From: an uncultured Verrucomicrobiae bacterium
Lineage (GTDB): Bacteria; Verrucomicrobiota; Verrucomicrobiia; Chthoniobacterales; UBA10450
DNA length: 64,000 nt
Assembly (NCBI GenBank): GCA_963801815.1
Contig: CAWDGJ010000003.1
Span: 192,001-256,000 of the forward strand
Direction: 5' to 3'
Shown here: positions 20,994-29,868 of the stretch, piece after piece
Position numbering within the stretch: position 1 is the first letter of the stretch
Layout of the letters: each line of letters opens with the position of its first letter
Notes under the pieces: generated by a model
The model's database searches: none
What the model was told of the DNA's origin: nothing
The model's input: the letters and a program-made list of their open reading frames with translations, nothing else
Translations under genes and position numbers: made by a program

Positions 20994-21018
20994 CGATTGC
21001 GGACAAAGCCAAATTCCA

Positions 21019-21225
21019 ATGACATTTTTTTGGCGCGAGATTTTAGTTTTTGCCGCTGCGTTCCTCTCTGGCACCGTTTTCCTCGACGTGTTCTTACGAA
21101 TGTATCACCGCGGCACCGCGGGTGCGGTACGAGCAACCGAACGTCACATTTTGCGATGGTCGATCAAAGGAGGAATTGGAATCGGTATTCTGACTGTGAT
21201 TATACAATTTCTCTTTTCGAATTAG
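21019..21225 (+). CDS. Small hypothetical protein with two TM segments
   Basis: 68 aa ORF with two hydrophobic stretches, between the barrel gene and kdpD. Confidence 0.5.
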   Translation: MTFFWREILVFAAAFLSGTVFLDVFLRMYHRGTAGAVRATERHILRWSIKGGIGIGILTVIIQFLFSN

Positions 21226-21401
21226 AACATTCCCGTTGCTTGTGGTCGTAATTGCTCTCAACAATCCGGGTTCGCTCATAGTGCTTCCCATTTTCGCAGC
21301 TTTCTCTTCGCCCTCTATCTTTGGTTAGTCGTGGGCTCTGTTTGATTGACAAGCCTTGCTTCCGAGATGCAGACATCGATGCGACAGCGTAGAATTGCCG
21401 A

Positions 21402-24026
21402 ATGACAGAGGCGGAACGCCCTGATCCTGACGCACTTCTCGCGCAATTGAAGCGCGAAGAAGCCGAGTCCGCTCGGGGCAAGCTCAAGATTTTTTTCGGG
21501 ATGTCGCCGGGCGTCGGGAAGACCTACGCCATGTTGCAAGCCGCACGGGAAAAGTTGGCGGAGGGTTGCGAAGTTGTTGTAGGGATTGTGGAGACGCACG
21601 GCCGTAAAGAAACCCAAGCGCTGACTGAAGGGATGCCGATTGTTCCGCGCGCGCAGATTGAATATCGCGGCACTAAACTGACAGAGATGGACCTCGATGC
21701 CATCCTCACGTGGCATCCGGGTCTGGCGATTGTCGACGAGCTCGCGCACACCAACGCGCCTGGATCACGTCATCCGAAGCGTTACCAGGACGTTCTCGAA
21801 TTGCTTGATGCCGGTATTGACGTCTACACAACGTTGAATGTGCAACACGTGGCCAGCCGCAGCGACACGGTCCGCCAAATCAGCGGTGTCACGGTAGGCG
21901 AAACGGTGCCTGATTCGGTGATAGATCTCGCGGACGAAATTGTTCTTGTCGATCTAACGCCGGAACAGCTCCGCACTCGTCTGGCCGAAGGAAAAGTTTA
22001 TCTCGGCGAGCGCGCGGAATGGGCGGCACGAAATTTTTTCCGCGAGAGCAATCTCACTGCACTGCGCGAAATGGCATTGCGCGTCGTTGCCGAACATGTC
22101 GACCGGGATCTGCGCGAGATCATGTCCGAGGAGAAAATCGTCGGTCCGTGGAAAAGCGGCGATCGACTTCTGGTTGCGGTCAGCGCCAGCCCCTATTCGG
22201 AAAGACTGATTCGTTACACGCGCAGACTTGCTTCGTCGATGGAGGCTTCGTGGATCGTCGCGAACATCGAGCGTCCGCAACCGCTTTCGCAGCAAGAGCA
22301 GGCGCGCCTGACTCGCTATCTCGCACTCGCCCGCCAGCTTGGCGCTGAAGTTCTCTCCACCCCCGGCGCGGACGTCGGCGAGGCATTATTACGCATCGCG
22401 CGGCAACACAACGTCACTCAAATCGTTATCGGCAAATCGCTCGGAACGGGTTGGGCATTTTGGAAGCGCGATCCTCTTCGCTGGTTGATGCGCAACAGCG
22501 GCAACATCGACATTCACATGATTCCGGCAGAGGACTCCGCCCAAGCGCGGCATGAACCGATCGAAGAACGTTTAGCGCGTGTGCCGTGGCGTGATTTTGG
22601 AATTGCGCTCGCGATCGCGGGCGTGGTCACCGGCGTCTCCCTGGCGATCTTGGATTACACTGGCTACTGGGCCATCGCGCTTTTTTATCTGTTGGCCGTC
22701 GTTCTTGCGGCGACGCGTTTGCGCCGGTGGCCGACGCTGTTTCTTGCCGCGCTTAGCGCTGTTCTCTGGGATTTCCTATTCATTCCGCCGCGCTTCACTT
22801 TTTACATTAGCCAATTTCAAGACTTCCTGATGTTTGGCGCCTATTTCGTGATCGCAGTGGTCGTGGCGCATCTGGCCACGAAATTAAGAGAGCGTGAGCA
22901 CGCCGAGCGACGCCGGGAGGAGCGCGCAATCGCACTGTATCGCTTCACTCGGCTGCTCGCTGCCAGCCGCGACCTCGATGAGGCGCTTCCGAAAATCCTG
23001 GCGCTCATCAGAGAGAGTTTCCAAGCCGACGTGGCGGTCTGGCTTCTTGACGAAAATGGGTTGTCGCGGCATTCCGCCAGCACTTTTGTTCCATCGAGCA
23101 AAGATGAAAGCGTCGCGGTTTGGGCGTTTCAAAAAAAACAGGCTGCTGGAAGATCGACCGACACGCTTCCTGATGCCGAATCGCTTCACGTTCCACTTGT
23201 GACTGGAGACAGCGCCGAGGGTGTGCTCAGCGTTCGGCTCGCGAATCCTTTGACTTTGGAACAACGCGAGTTGCTCGACGCGTTTGCTGCCCAACTCGCG
23301 CTTTTCGTAAACAAGGAGAGCGCTCTGGAGGAGAGGCGCGCAACCCAGGTGGCGCGGCAGTCCGAAAAATTGCAACACGCGCTGTTTGATTCAGTTTCCC
23401 ATGAATTGAAAACCCCGCTGGCCGCGATTTCTGCTGCGCTTGAACAACCGCAGCCCGATCGCGCAGAACTCAAACAAGCAGTCGGCCGGCTTACCCGCAC
23501 AGTTGATCATCTTCTTGATGCTACACGTTTGGAATCCGGATTGTTGCAACCTGCGCGCGAATGGTGTGATCCGGGAGAATTATTGCGCGAGGCAATCACG
23601 CAAACGCGACTGAAGGAGAAAGCGATCAAAGTCAACGTCGCCTCGAATCTGCCGCCGATTTCGGTGGATGCGTGCTTGATTGAGCAGGCGCTTATTTCTG
23701 TTCTGGCCAACGCTGCTTTGCATGGCGCCAGCAAGCAGCCAATCGAAATCAGTGTCGCGCGTGACAACTCGACAATTGTTTTTTCCGTTGCGGATCATGG
23801 TCCAGGGCTGGTTGCAGGTGAGGAGAACAAGGTTTTTGAAAAATTTTATCGCCGCCCCGGCACCGCACCGGGTGGCCTTGGCCTTGGACTCTGGATCGCG
23901 CGTCAACTCGTCGAAGCGCACGGTGGCGAGATCAGTGCGCAGAATCGCGACGGCGGTGGCGCGCGTTTCTCCATTCGTCTTCCGATTGGCGAAGCGATGC
24001 GATTGCCGGTCGAAGCAACTGCATGA
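21402..24026 (+). CDS. kdpD: Sensor histidine kinase KdpD
   Basis: GMSPGVGKTYAML, VDELAHTN, USP-like region, 4-TM region, SHELKTPL, GLGLGL. Confidence 0.96.
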   Translation: MTEAERPDPDALLAQLKREEAESARGKLKIFFGMSPGVGKTYAMLQAAREKLAEGCEVVVGIVETHGRKETQALTEGMPIVPRAQIEYRGTKLTEMDLDAILTWHPGLAIVDELAHTNAPGSRHPKRYQDVLELLDAGIDVYTTLNVQHVASRSDTVRQISGVTVGETVPDSVIDLADEIVLVDLTPEQLRTRLAEGKVYLGERAEWAARNFFRESNLTALREMALRVVAEHVDRDLREIMSEEKIVGPWKSGDRLLVAVSASPYSERLIRYTRRLASSMEASWIVANIERPQPLSQQEQARLTRYLALARQLGAEVLSTPGADVGEALLRIARQHNVTQIVIGKSLGTGWAFWKRDPLRWLMRNSGNIDIHMIPAEDSAQARHEPIEERLARVPWRDFGIALAIAGVVTGVSLAILDYTGYWAIALFYLLAVVLAATRLRRWPTLFLAALSAVLWDFLFIPPRFTFYISQFQDFLMFGAYFVIAVVVAHLATKLREREHAERRREERAIALYRFTRLLAASRDLDEALPKILALIRESFQADVAVWLLDENGLSRHSASTFVPSSKDESVAVWAFQKKQAAGRSTDTLPDAESLHVPLVTGDSAEGVLSVRLANPLTLEQRELLDAFAAQLALFVNKESALEERRATQVARQSEKLQHALFDSVSHELKTPLAAISAALEQPQPDRAELKQAVGRLTRTVDHLLDATRLESGLLQPAREWCDPGELLREAITQTRLKEKAIKVNVASNLPPISVDACLIEQALISVLANAALHGASKQPIEISVARDNSTIVFSVADHGPGLVAGEENKVFEKFYRRPGTAPGGLGLGLWIARQLVEAHGGEISAQNRDGGGARFSIRLPIGEAMRLPVEATA

Positions 24027-24721
24027 AACCGCTCGCGCTGATTATTGACGACGAGATTCAGATTCGACGCCTCCTGCGCGTCGCACTTGAGGCCGAGAAT
24101 TATCGAGTGCACGAAGCGGAAACGGGGGAACAAGGCCTGATTGAAATTGCCAACTTCAAGCCGGCTGTAGTTCTCCTCGATCTCGGACTGCCGGACATGG
24201 ATGGCCTCCAGGTGTTGAAACGGTTGCGCGAATGGAGCGAAGTACCAGTGCTAATTCTGTCTGTCCGTAACGAGGAACAGGGTAAAGTAGCCGCGCTCGA
24301 TGCCGGCGCGGACGATTACGTTACCAAGCCTTTCAGCTCGGCGGAACTGCTGGCTCGTTTGCGGGCCGCCCAACGCAAGACCCGCCCAACGGAAGAAATA
24401 TCCGTGTTTAAACACGGCGATCTAATTGTTGACCTTACTGCCCACGTGGTCACCCGAAGCGGCAAAGAAGTGAAACTCACCGCCACCGAATATGCGCTGT
24501 TGCGTCTGTTTGTGAAACATCCCGGCCGCGTTTTAACGCATCGCTACATCTTGCGCGAGATTTGGGGCCCAAAATCAGAAGAGCATCGACAATATCTTCG
24601 GGTTTACGTGACCCACCTGCGGCAAAAGATCGAATCGGATTCGGCCAAGCCGCGTTTAATCAGGACGGAATCCGGAATTGGTTATCGATTTCACCCGGGC
24701 GACTGGAACTCAGCCGAGTAA
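24023..24721 (+). CDS. kdpE: Response regulator KdpE (OmpR family)
   Basis: LLDLGLPDMDG, GADDYVTKPF, YLRVYVTHLRQKIE; overlaps the kdpD stop. Confidence 0.95.
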   Translation: MKPLALIIDDEIQIRRLLRVALEAENYRVHEAETGEQGLIEIANFKPAVVLLDLGLPDMDGLQVLKRLREWSEVPVLILSVRNEEQGKVAALDAGADDYVTKPFSSAELLARLRAAQRKTRPTEEISVFKHGDLIVDLTAHVVTRSGKEVKLTATEYALLRLFVKHPGRVLTHRYILREIWGPKSEEHRQYLRVYVTHLRQKIESDSAKPRLIRTESGIGYRFHPGDWNSAE

Positions 24722-24752
24722 AAGCAAATTGACCCGGTTGGCTAGTCTTGGT

Positions 24753-25187
24753 TTAAGGATTGCTTGCTTGTGATAGTGACGCGCCGATCGCGCTCATTTG
24801 ATCGGTTAACTGTTGACCGATCGGGTCAAGATAGCGATCGAGTTGCTCGGGAACCGCCCCGTAGGCTTGGAGACCGCGACTGTTCAACTCTGTCAGCATC
24901 TCCCACAGCAATGATGCGTGCGTAACGATCGAATGGGCAGTTCGAACGGTTTTTTCTTCGAGATCGAGATCGTCGCGAACCTGCACAATCAACTTGCGAA
25001 TCGTTTCAATTTTGTTTCGCAGCTCCTGTTTTTGAGCGTCAGCGAGCGTATCTAATTCTCGAAACATTACGCCGGATTGAATCTTTCCATCGCACCAATC
25101 GCTCCACTCGCATAGCGCCTTGTCAACCAACTGCAGCGTAATTGAAATGCTGCGCCGGTGATTTTCGCTCAACTCAATCGTCGCCAT
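24753..25187 (-). CDS. Hypothetical alpha-helical protein, last gene of the fluoride operon
   Basis: About 144 aa ORF starting MATIELSENHRR, overlapping the end of the antiporter gene. Confidence 0.7.
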   Translation of the reverse strand: MATIELSENHRRSISITLQLVDKALCEWSDWCDGKIQSGVMFRELDTLADAQKQELRNKIETIRKLIVQVRDDLDLEEKTVRTAHSIVTHASLLWEMLTELNSRGLQAYGAVPEQLDRYLDPIGQQLTDQMSAIGASLSQASNP

Positions 25188-26391
25188 TCTGAATCTGTGC
25201 CTCGGCATCCTCCACCGAGAGGACACCAAGCGCGTAGGTGTAACGACGGCCCCAGGCGTGCATTGCGCTCATAGTCGGTTGAAAGAATTTCTGAGCAATC
25301 AGCGTCGGCACAAAGGCGCTCAAAATAACAACAGTCACCAGAATGGTGTACTGACGCTGATCGATGATGTGGTTTTGTAATCCGAAAAGCGCGGAGATGG
25401 TGCCGAAGGTCAGGCCTGTCGCCATCAGCAATGTCGTGTAGGAAGCCTCCCGCCGGTTCATGAAATGCATTCGCGCGAGCGGCCATACGCCGACAATCTT
25501 CGTGAACATCTTCAGCAGAAGCAGACCTCCGACGATGGCAAGCGCCGGCCAGAGAGCAGGCAATGAGATATAAAGTCCTGCCTTGATAAAGTAAAACGGC
25601 GTGAAGATGGCGAAGGCAATGCTGCGCATTCGACGAACAAGCGTTTTGTCACGGAGAAAGACTCCGGCTACGACCAGGCCGACGAGATAAGCTGGGAGAA
25701 CGGCTTCGCTCTTGGCTGTCGTGGCCAGTCCGCCGAGAAGAAATAAAATGAAGAAAATGAATTTTACCTCCGGTTCACTCACACGAGTCGCGCCCAATTT
25801 TTCGATGATCCCTCTGGTCCAGATCGGCATGAACCAAAGCACGACGCACATGATGACGACGAATACCAGCAGCCAAATGTTGAAGTTTGCGAAGAGGGTC
25901 CCCAACGCGAGCACCGTGCCGAAATCGGTGATAAAACACGCGGCGAGAATCATCTTGCCCATGGCAGTGTCGCTAAAGCCACCCTCGATCATCACCGCGT
26001 AAACGACAGCGACCGATGTGGTGGAAAGGGCGATGCCGGCGATTTGCGCCTGCTGCAGTGGCCAGCCGAGAACGAATTGAGCAAAAAACCAGACCACTCC
26101 GAACGGGATTGCGAACGAAAGCACGCCGATGAGCAAACTGGCGCGCAGGTTCGCTTTCAGCGAAATCGGATCGATTTCGGCGCCCGCAAGAAACGTCAGC
26201 ACGCCGCTGCCAAGCAACGCTAGAAAATTGATCCACTCGTTGCTCACCTGAAGATGCAGGAAATTGCCGGCGAGTAAACCGACCATGATCTCAATCAGCG
26301 CGACAGAGATGCCGGTCCAGATGGAAAACAGACTCGCGATTAGCGCAAGGCCCATCCAGATGGCGGCGACGAACCAGACATTTTCCAGCAT
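25174..26391 (-). CDS. Cation:proton antiporter (CPA2 / Na_H_Exchanger family)
   Basis: LTFLAGAEID, IALSTTSVAVVY, ACFITDFGTV; about 12 TM segments. Confidence 0.88.
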   Translation of the reverse strand: MLENVWFVAAIWMGLALIASLFSIWTGISVALIEIMVGLLAGNFLHLQVSNEWINFLALLGSGVLTFLAGAEIDPISLKANLRASLLIGVLSFAIPFGVVWFFAQFVLGWPLQQAQIAGIALSTTSVAVVYAVMIEGGFSDTAMGKMILAACFITDFGTVLALGTLFANFNIWLLVFVVIMCVVLWFMPIWTRGIIEKLGATRVSEPEVKFIFFILFLLGGLATTAKSEAVLPAYLVGLVVAGVFLRDKTLVRRMRSIAFAIFTPFYFIKAGLYISLPALWPALAIVGGLLLLKMFTKIVGVWPLARMHFMNRREASYTTLLMATGLTFGTISALFGLQNHIIDQRQYTILVTVVILSAFVPTLIAQKFFQPTMSAMHAWGRRYTYALGVLSVEDAEAQIQNGDD

Positions 26392-26397
26392 GTTTGC

Positions 26398-26745
26398 TCA
26401 ATCTCCTTTCGGTTTTTCGTGTCGGTAATGGAGCACTTTGATTTTTTCCAGCGTTACCAGCCCGCCACCGATCATTTCCTCAAGATCAGGCAGAAACGCG
26501 TCGACGTTTTCTTCGCTGTCCACAATCTCGACCACGATTGGTAGGTCCATCGACAAGCGGAGAATCTTTGCAGTGTGAATGCGACTGGCCGCGCCGAAAC
26601 CCATCGGGCCGCGCAATACCGTCGCGCCGGCAAGATGGCGTTCCCGCGCTTTCATTACGATCGCCTCATAAAGCGGCTGATCTTTCCAGCGGTCGCTTTC
26701 GCCGATAAAGATTCTCAATAAGACCGCGTCTTTCGGAATTTGCAT
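26398..26745 (-). CDS. DUF190 (PII-like) protein
   Basis: LLRIFIGESD, LAGATVLRGPMGFG, LSMDLPIVVEIVD; usual crcB neighbour. Confidence 0.9.
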   Translation of the reverse strand: MQIPKDAVLLRIFIGESDRWKDQPLYEAIVMKARERHLAGATVLRGPMGFGAASRIHTAKILRLSMDLPIVVEIVDSEENVDAFLPDLEEMIGGGLVTLEKIKVLHYRHEKPKGD

Positions 26746-26754
26746 TGTTTCCTC

Positions 26755-27144
26755 CTACGATTTGTTCATGAGCGTCACCGCGAAATAGCCGAGCCAGACA
26801 GCGAAGAGACAAAGCGCGAATGATGCGAACGAATTCGCCGCGGCGCGAAACCATTCGCCTTCTTGGGCAAGCGATAGCGTTTGGAGACTGAACGACGAAA
26901 ACGTCGTGTAGCCACCACAAACTCCGATCATGAAAAATTGCCGGAAGGTTGGACTGACGAGCCAGCGCCCCTCTGGATCAGTCAAGGCTGCGAACAATCC
27001 GATAGCGAGGGAGCCGGTTACGTTTACGACCAGTGTGCCGTAGGGAAATGTTTGGCCAAAGCGTTGCGCAACCAATCCCGAAATCCAGAAACGCGCCCCA
27101 CTTCCGATTGCTCCACCTAAACTGACCCAAATATAATTGAGCAT
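26755..27144 (-). CDS. crcB: Fluoride efflux channel Fluc/CrcB
   Basis: GGAIGSGAR, FPYGTLVVNVTGS, GVCGGYTTFSSF. Confidence 0.96.
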   Translation of the reverse strand: MLNYIWVSLGGAIGSGARFWISGLVAQRFGQTFPYGTLVVNVTGSLAIGLFAALTDPEGRWLVSPTFRQFFMIGVCGGYTTFSSFSLQTLSLAQEGEWFRAAANSFASFALCLFAVWLGYFAVTLMNKS

Positions 27145-27185
27145 AAAAAAACTCCTGACCGTCGCCTTGCGGCTTCAGTAGGAGT
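27145..27185 (-). terminator. Intrinsic terminator, expression platform of the fluoride riboswitch
   Basis: Minus strand ACTCCT-ACTG-AA-GCC-GCAA-GGC-GA-CGGT-C-AGGAG followed by seven T. Confidence 0.75.
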
Positions 27186-27232
27186 CATTAGCTCAGGCGG
27201 TTCTCCCGTCGGGGAAGGCAAACTCCATTGCC
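27178..27232 (-). ncRNA. Fluoride riboswitch (crcB motif)
   Basis: Minus strand GGCAATGGAGTTTGCC...AACCGC...GCTAATGACTCCTAC matches the crcB aptamer consensus, including the GGAG/CTCC pseudoknot; directly upstream of crcB. Confidence 0.93.
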
Positions 27233-27281
27233 TTGGTAAATGGTAGCAGCGCCCTTCGCAGGTGCAACCGATTGGCGAATT

Positions 27282-27869
27282 TTACGAGCCGAATTTTCCG
27301 TAAACCGCGATCAAAGGGTAATAGCAGCGATATTTGCTATGATAATCGCTCACGAATCCGTCTTTGGTACGAAGCTCGACATGTCCATGATTCCGATCTC
27401 CGTAGACCAGAACCGCGCCGACCGGCGCAGCATACGGATCATGAATCGGCAATCGTTTGAATCCGTAACTGCGCATTAACTCATCGCCTGCATCGGCCGC
27501 GTAAGCCGTTTTGGGATACGAAGTGATCACACCAGCGGAGAACAAGGCGTGCTTCACATAATGCCAGCACTGGGCTTGCGAGTGAGCGTTCGCCCGTTCC
27601 TCGGCGAGCGTTGCGGCCTGCCTTAGCTTTGGATCAAGCCGGGGGTCGATTTTCGCAAACGGGTGGACAATCGGCTTGGTCCAATAATGCCGAATGATCT
27701 TCACTGAGGTGACGCGTCCCGACGCATCGCGATAAACAAACTTTTTCGTCGATTGTTCCAGTCCTTCCGCGTGAAGAATGGGGGCGCCGACAGTGACTCC
27801 GCCCCCAATGAGAATAACCAGGGCGAAAGAGCGTCGCACGGCGATGTTTAATCGCAGGGAATATGCCAT
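27282..27869 (-). CDS. Secreted Cys-His amidase/peptidase-like protein (CHAP/NlpC-P60-like)
   Basis: Signal peptide; QCWHYVKHAL, APVGAVLVY, GHVELRT, FVSDY; paralog at 29201-29764. Confidence 0.7.
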   Translation of the reverse strand: MAYSLRLNIAVRRSFALVILIGGGVTVGAPILHAEGLEQSTKKFVYRDASGRVTSVKIIRHYWTKPIVHPFAKIDPRLDPKLRQAATLAEERANAHSQAQCWHYVKHALFSAGVITSYPKTAYAADAGDELMRSYGFKRLPIHDPYAAPVGAVLVYGDRNHGHVELRTKDGFVSDYHSKYRCYYPLIAVYGKFGS

Positions 27870-28032
27870 TTCGCAAGACTGAAGTTCATTTTTCTCAGTG
27901 CGCCGTAAAAAAAAATAGAAAAAATTTGCGTCGAAGTGAAAACCAGTTTACAGGTCAGCCCCGATTCTTAATTAAAAAAACCGCTTGTTCTGCGGGCCAG
28001 ATCGAATGCTTCTAAGGGTGGCTTCGTCTGAT

Positions 28033-28605
28033 ATGGGTACGAGATTTTTATTCATAACTATTGGCTTTGCTTTTTGCTTCCTGGCGCAAACCTTCGCCGC
28101 GGAGAATTCGTTATTGGCCCGGATTACGGTCTACTGGGCGGGTGAAGGCCAGGTGCGGGCATGCTCGAACGGCGCGCGGTTACACAACGGACATTGCGCA
28201 GTCGACCCGAGACGAATCCCGTACGGAAGCCACATTTTGTTTCCGGATGCGAATTGTGTCGCGGTCGACAGTGGCCCGGCTGTGGTCAGTCGCACGGCGG
28301 CTCGCGCTTGCGCCCGAACACCGGCCCAGCGCAGCGCAATCGTCATCGATCGATTTTTCGAATCCAAAGAGGCGGCGCTTTCCTGGGAAAGGTCACATCC
28401 GTATTTCATGACCGTACGAGTTATCGCGCCGGGCTCGCGGAATGACTCGGCCGAAACCCTGGCCGGCGCAAGCAACGTCGAGGGAACAATTCGGCCTGCT
28501 GAGGGGATCAAAACGAATCCGTCGCTGCCAAAATTTGATTCAACCAAACTTCGTCTCGGTCTTCCGCTCGACTCCGTTCTTGAACCAGCTCACCGCCGAA
28601 CATGA
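28033..28605 (+). CDS. Secreted 3D-domain protein (putative lytic transglycosylase-like)
   Basis: Signal peptide; ARITVYW, CAVDPRRIPYGS, AVDSG, VIDRFF (three conserved Asp). Confidence 0.8.
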   Translation: MGTRFLFITIGFAFCFLAQTFAAENSLLARITVYWAGEGQVRACSNGARLHNGHCAVDPRRIPYGSHILFPDANCVAVDSGPAVVSRTAARACARTPAQRSAIVIDRFFESKEAALSWERSHPYFMTVRVIAPGSRNDSAETLAGASNVEGTIRPAEGIKTNPSLPKFDSTKLRLGLPLDSVLEPAHRRT

Positions 28606-29204
28606 AAAGATCGACGTTGATTCTCCTATTCGTGGTCAGTGCGCTGCCTAATGCTTTTGCGCGCAATGTTTCTCAAAATAACTCGTTATTGGCGCGCGTA
28701 ACTGTTTACTGGGCACGCGGCGGGCGCGGTTCGGACCGATATACTCGTCAACACAAGTCCGCAACGGGATTGCGTTTGCAGCAGGGACACTGCGCGGTTG
28801 ATCCACGAAAGATTCCTTACGGCAGCAAAGTAGTCCTTCCCGACGGGACGGCGCTCAGCGCTGTGGATACCGGCTCGGCAGTGATGAATCGCAAGGCGGC
28901 GAGAAGATCTGGCCACACGCTCACTGAGCGCAACGCGATCGTAATAGACAAGTTTTTTGAGACTAAAAGTCAGGCGTTGATGTGGGCGAACTCGAATCCG
29001 CCGTTCGTAAACGTCAAAGTCGTTCCGCCGAACGCTCCGGCGGTTGCGAAACCCAACATCACCAACAGTCAGCCGGTTGCGTTGGGTCCCACGCCGCAAC
29101 CGAGCAGTGTTTCTTCAACTATGCCGGCGCCTCAGAACAGAATCGCGTCGAGCAACCCAATTGGCGCTGCGACGAAAAACCCGTTAGGTCGGCTCGGTCG
29201 CTAG
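28602..29204 (+). CDS. Secreted 3D-domain protein with Pro/Ser-rich tail
   Basis: ARVTVYW, SATG, CAVDPRKIPYGS, AVDTG, VIDKFF; ATGA overlap with its paralog. Confidence 0.82.
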   Translation: MKRSTLILLFVVSALPNAFARNVSQNNSLLARVTVYWARGGRGSDRYTRQHKSATGLRLQQGHCAVDPRKIPYGSKVVLPDGTALSAVDTGSAVMNRKAARRSGHTLTERNAIVIDKFFETKSQALMWANSNPPFVNVKVVPPNAPAVAKPNITNSQPVALGPTPQPSSVSSTMPAPQNRIASSNPIGAATKNPLGRLGR

Positions 29205-29764
29205 CCTTTGGTGAAAACGCCGATCAATGGGCGAGGCGAGGGGATCTTTGAACGAAAATCGCTTGCGAATCCGCTCTTAGTCCGAATTTCAACGTGGCCA
29301 GCGCCCTTTTTGTTGTTGTAAACGAGGACTGAACCGACCGGAGCCTTGAAGGGGTCGCGCACTGGCAGCTTCTTGAAGCCGTAACTGCTAACCAACTCCT
29401 TACCCGCATCCTTTGCGTTCACCGTCTTCGGGTACGAACTGACCGCGCCCGAGGCGACCAATGCTTCTTTCACGTAATGCCAGCACTGCTCGCGAGAGTG
29501 GGCGTGCGCACGCTCTTCCGCGATCGTTGCCGCGCGCGTCAATTTCGGGCTAACCGATCCATCCATTTTTGCGTAGGGATGGAGCAGTTTCTTCGGCGCG
29601 TAGCTGGAAACGATGTCGGCGGAATCGGATTTGCCGTCGGCATCTCTAAAAACGAACTTCTGCTTCGCGGACGTGACCATCTGACCGTGAGCGACACTCG
29701 CAGCGAGCAGGATCGTTCCGGTTATCAGCGTAAAACGGGGGGAACGGGGCATAGCTTTCGGCAT
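29201..29764 (-). CDS. Secreted Cys-His amidase/peptidase-like protein (paralog of 27282-27869)
   Basis: Signal peptide; QCWHYVKEAL, APVGSVLVY, GHVEIRT, FASDF. Confidence 0.7.
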   Translation of the reverse strand: MPKAMPRSPRFTLITGTILLAASVAHGQMVTSAKQKFVFRDADGKSDSADIVSSYAPKKLLHPYAKMDGSVSPKLTRAATIAEERAHAHSREQCWHYVKEALVASGAVSSYPKTVNAKDAGKELVSSYGFKKLPVRDPFKAPVGSVLVYNNKKGAGHVEIRTKSGFASDFRSKIPSPRPLIGVFTKG

Positions 29765-29868
29765 AAGAAGCGCACCATATCGAGCAGGATCGTTGCCTGC
29801 GCAACGCGTTTTCTCGGAAAAACCGCCATTTGGGCTGTCGGTACTGCTACTCAAAAGGACTAGAAGTT

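Noticed and set aside
21390..21404. TAGAAT 6 nt before the kdpD ATG as a leaderless promoter
   Set aside because: No matching -35 element; a lone hexamer is insufficient evidence
27870..28032. Possible c-di-AMP or other riboswitch ahead of the 3D-domain genes
   Set aside because: No recognisable aptamer consensus; looks like an A-tract-rich divergent promoter
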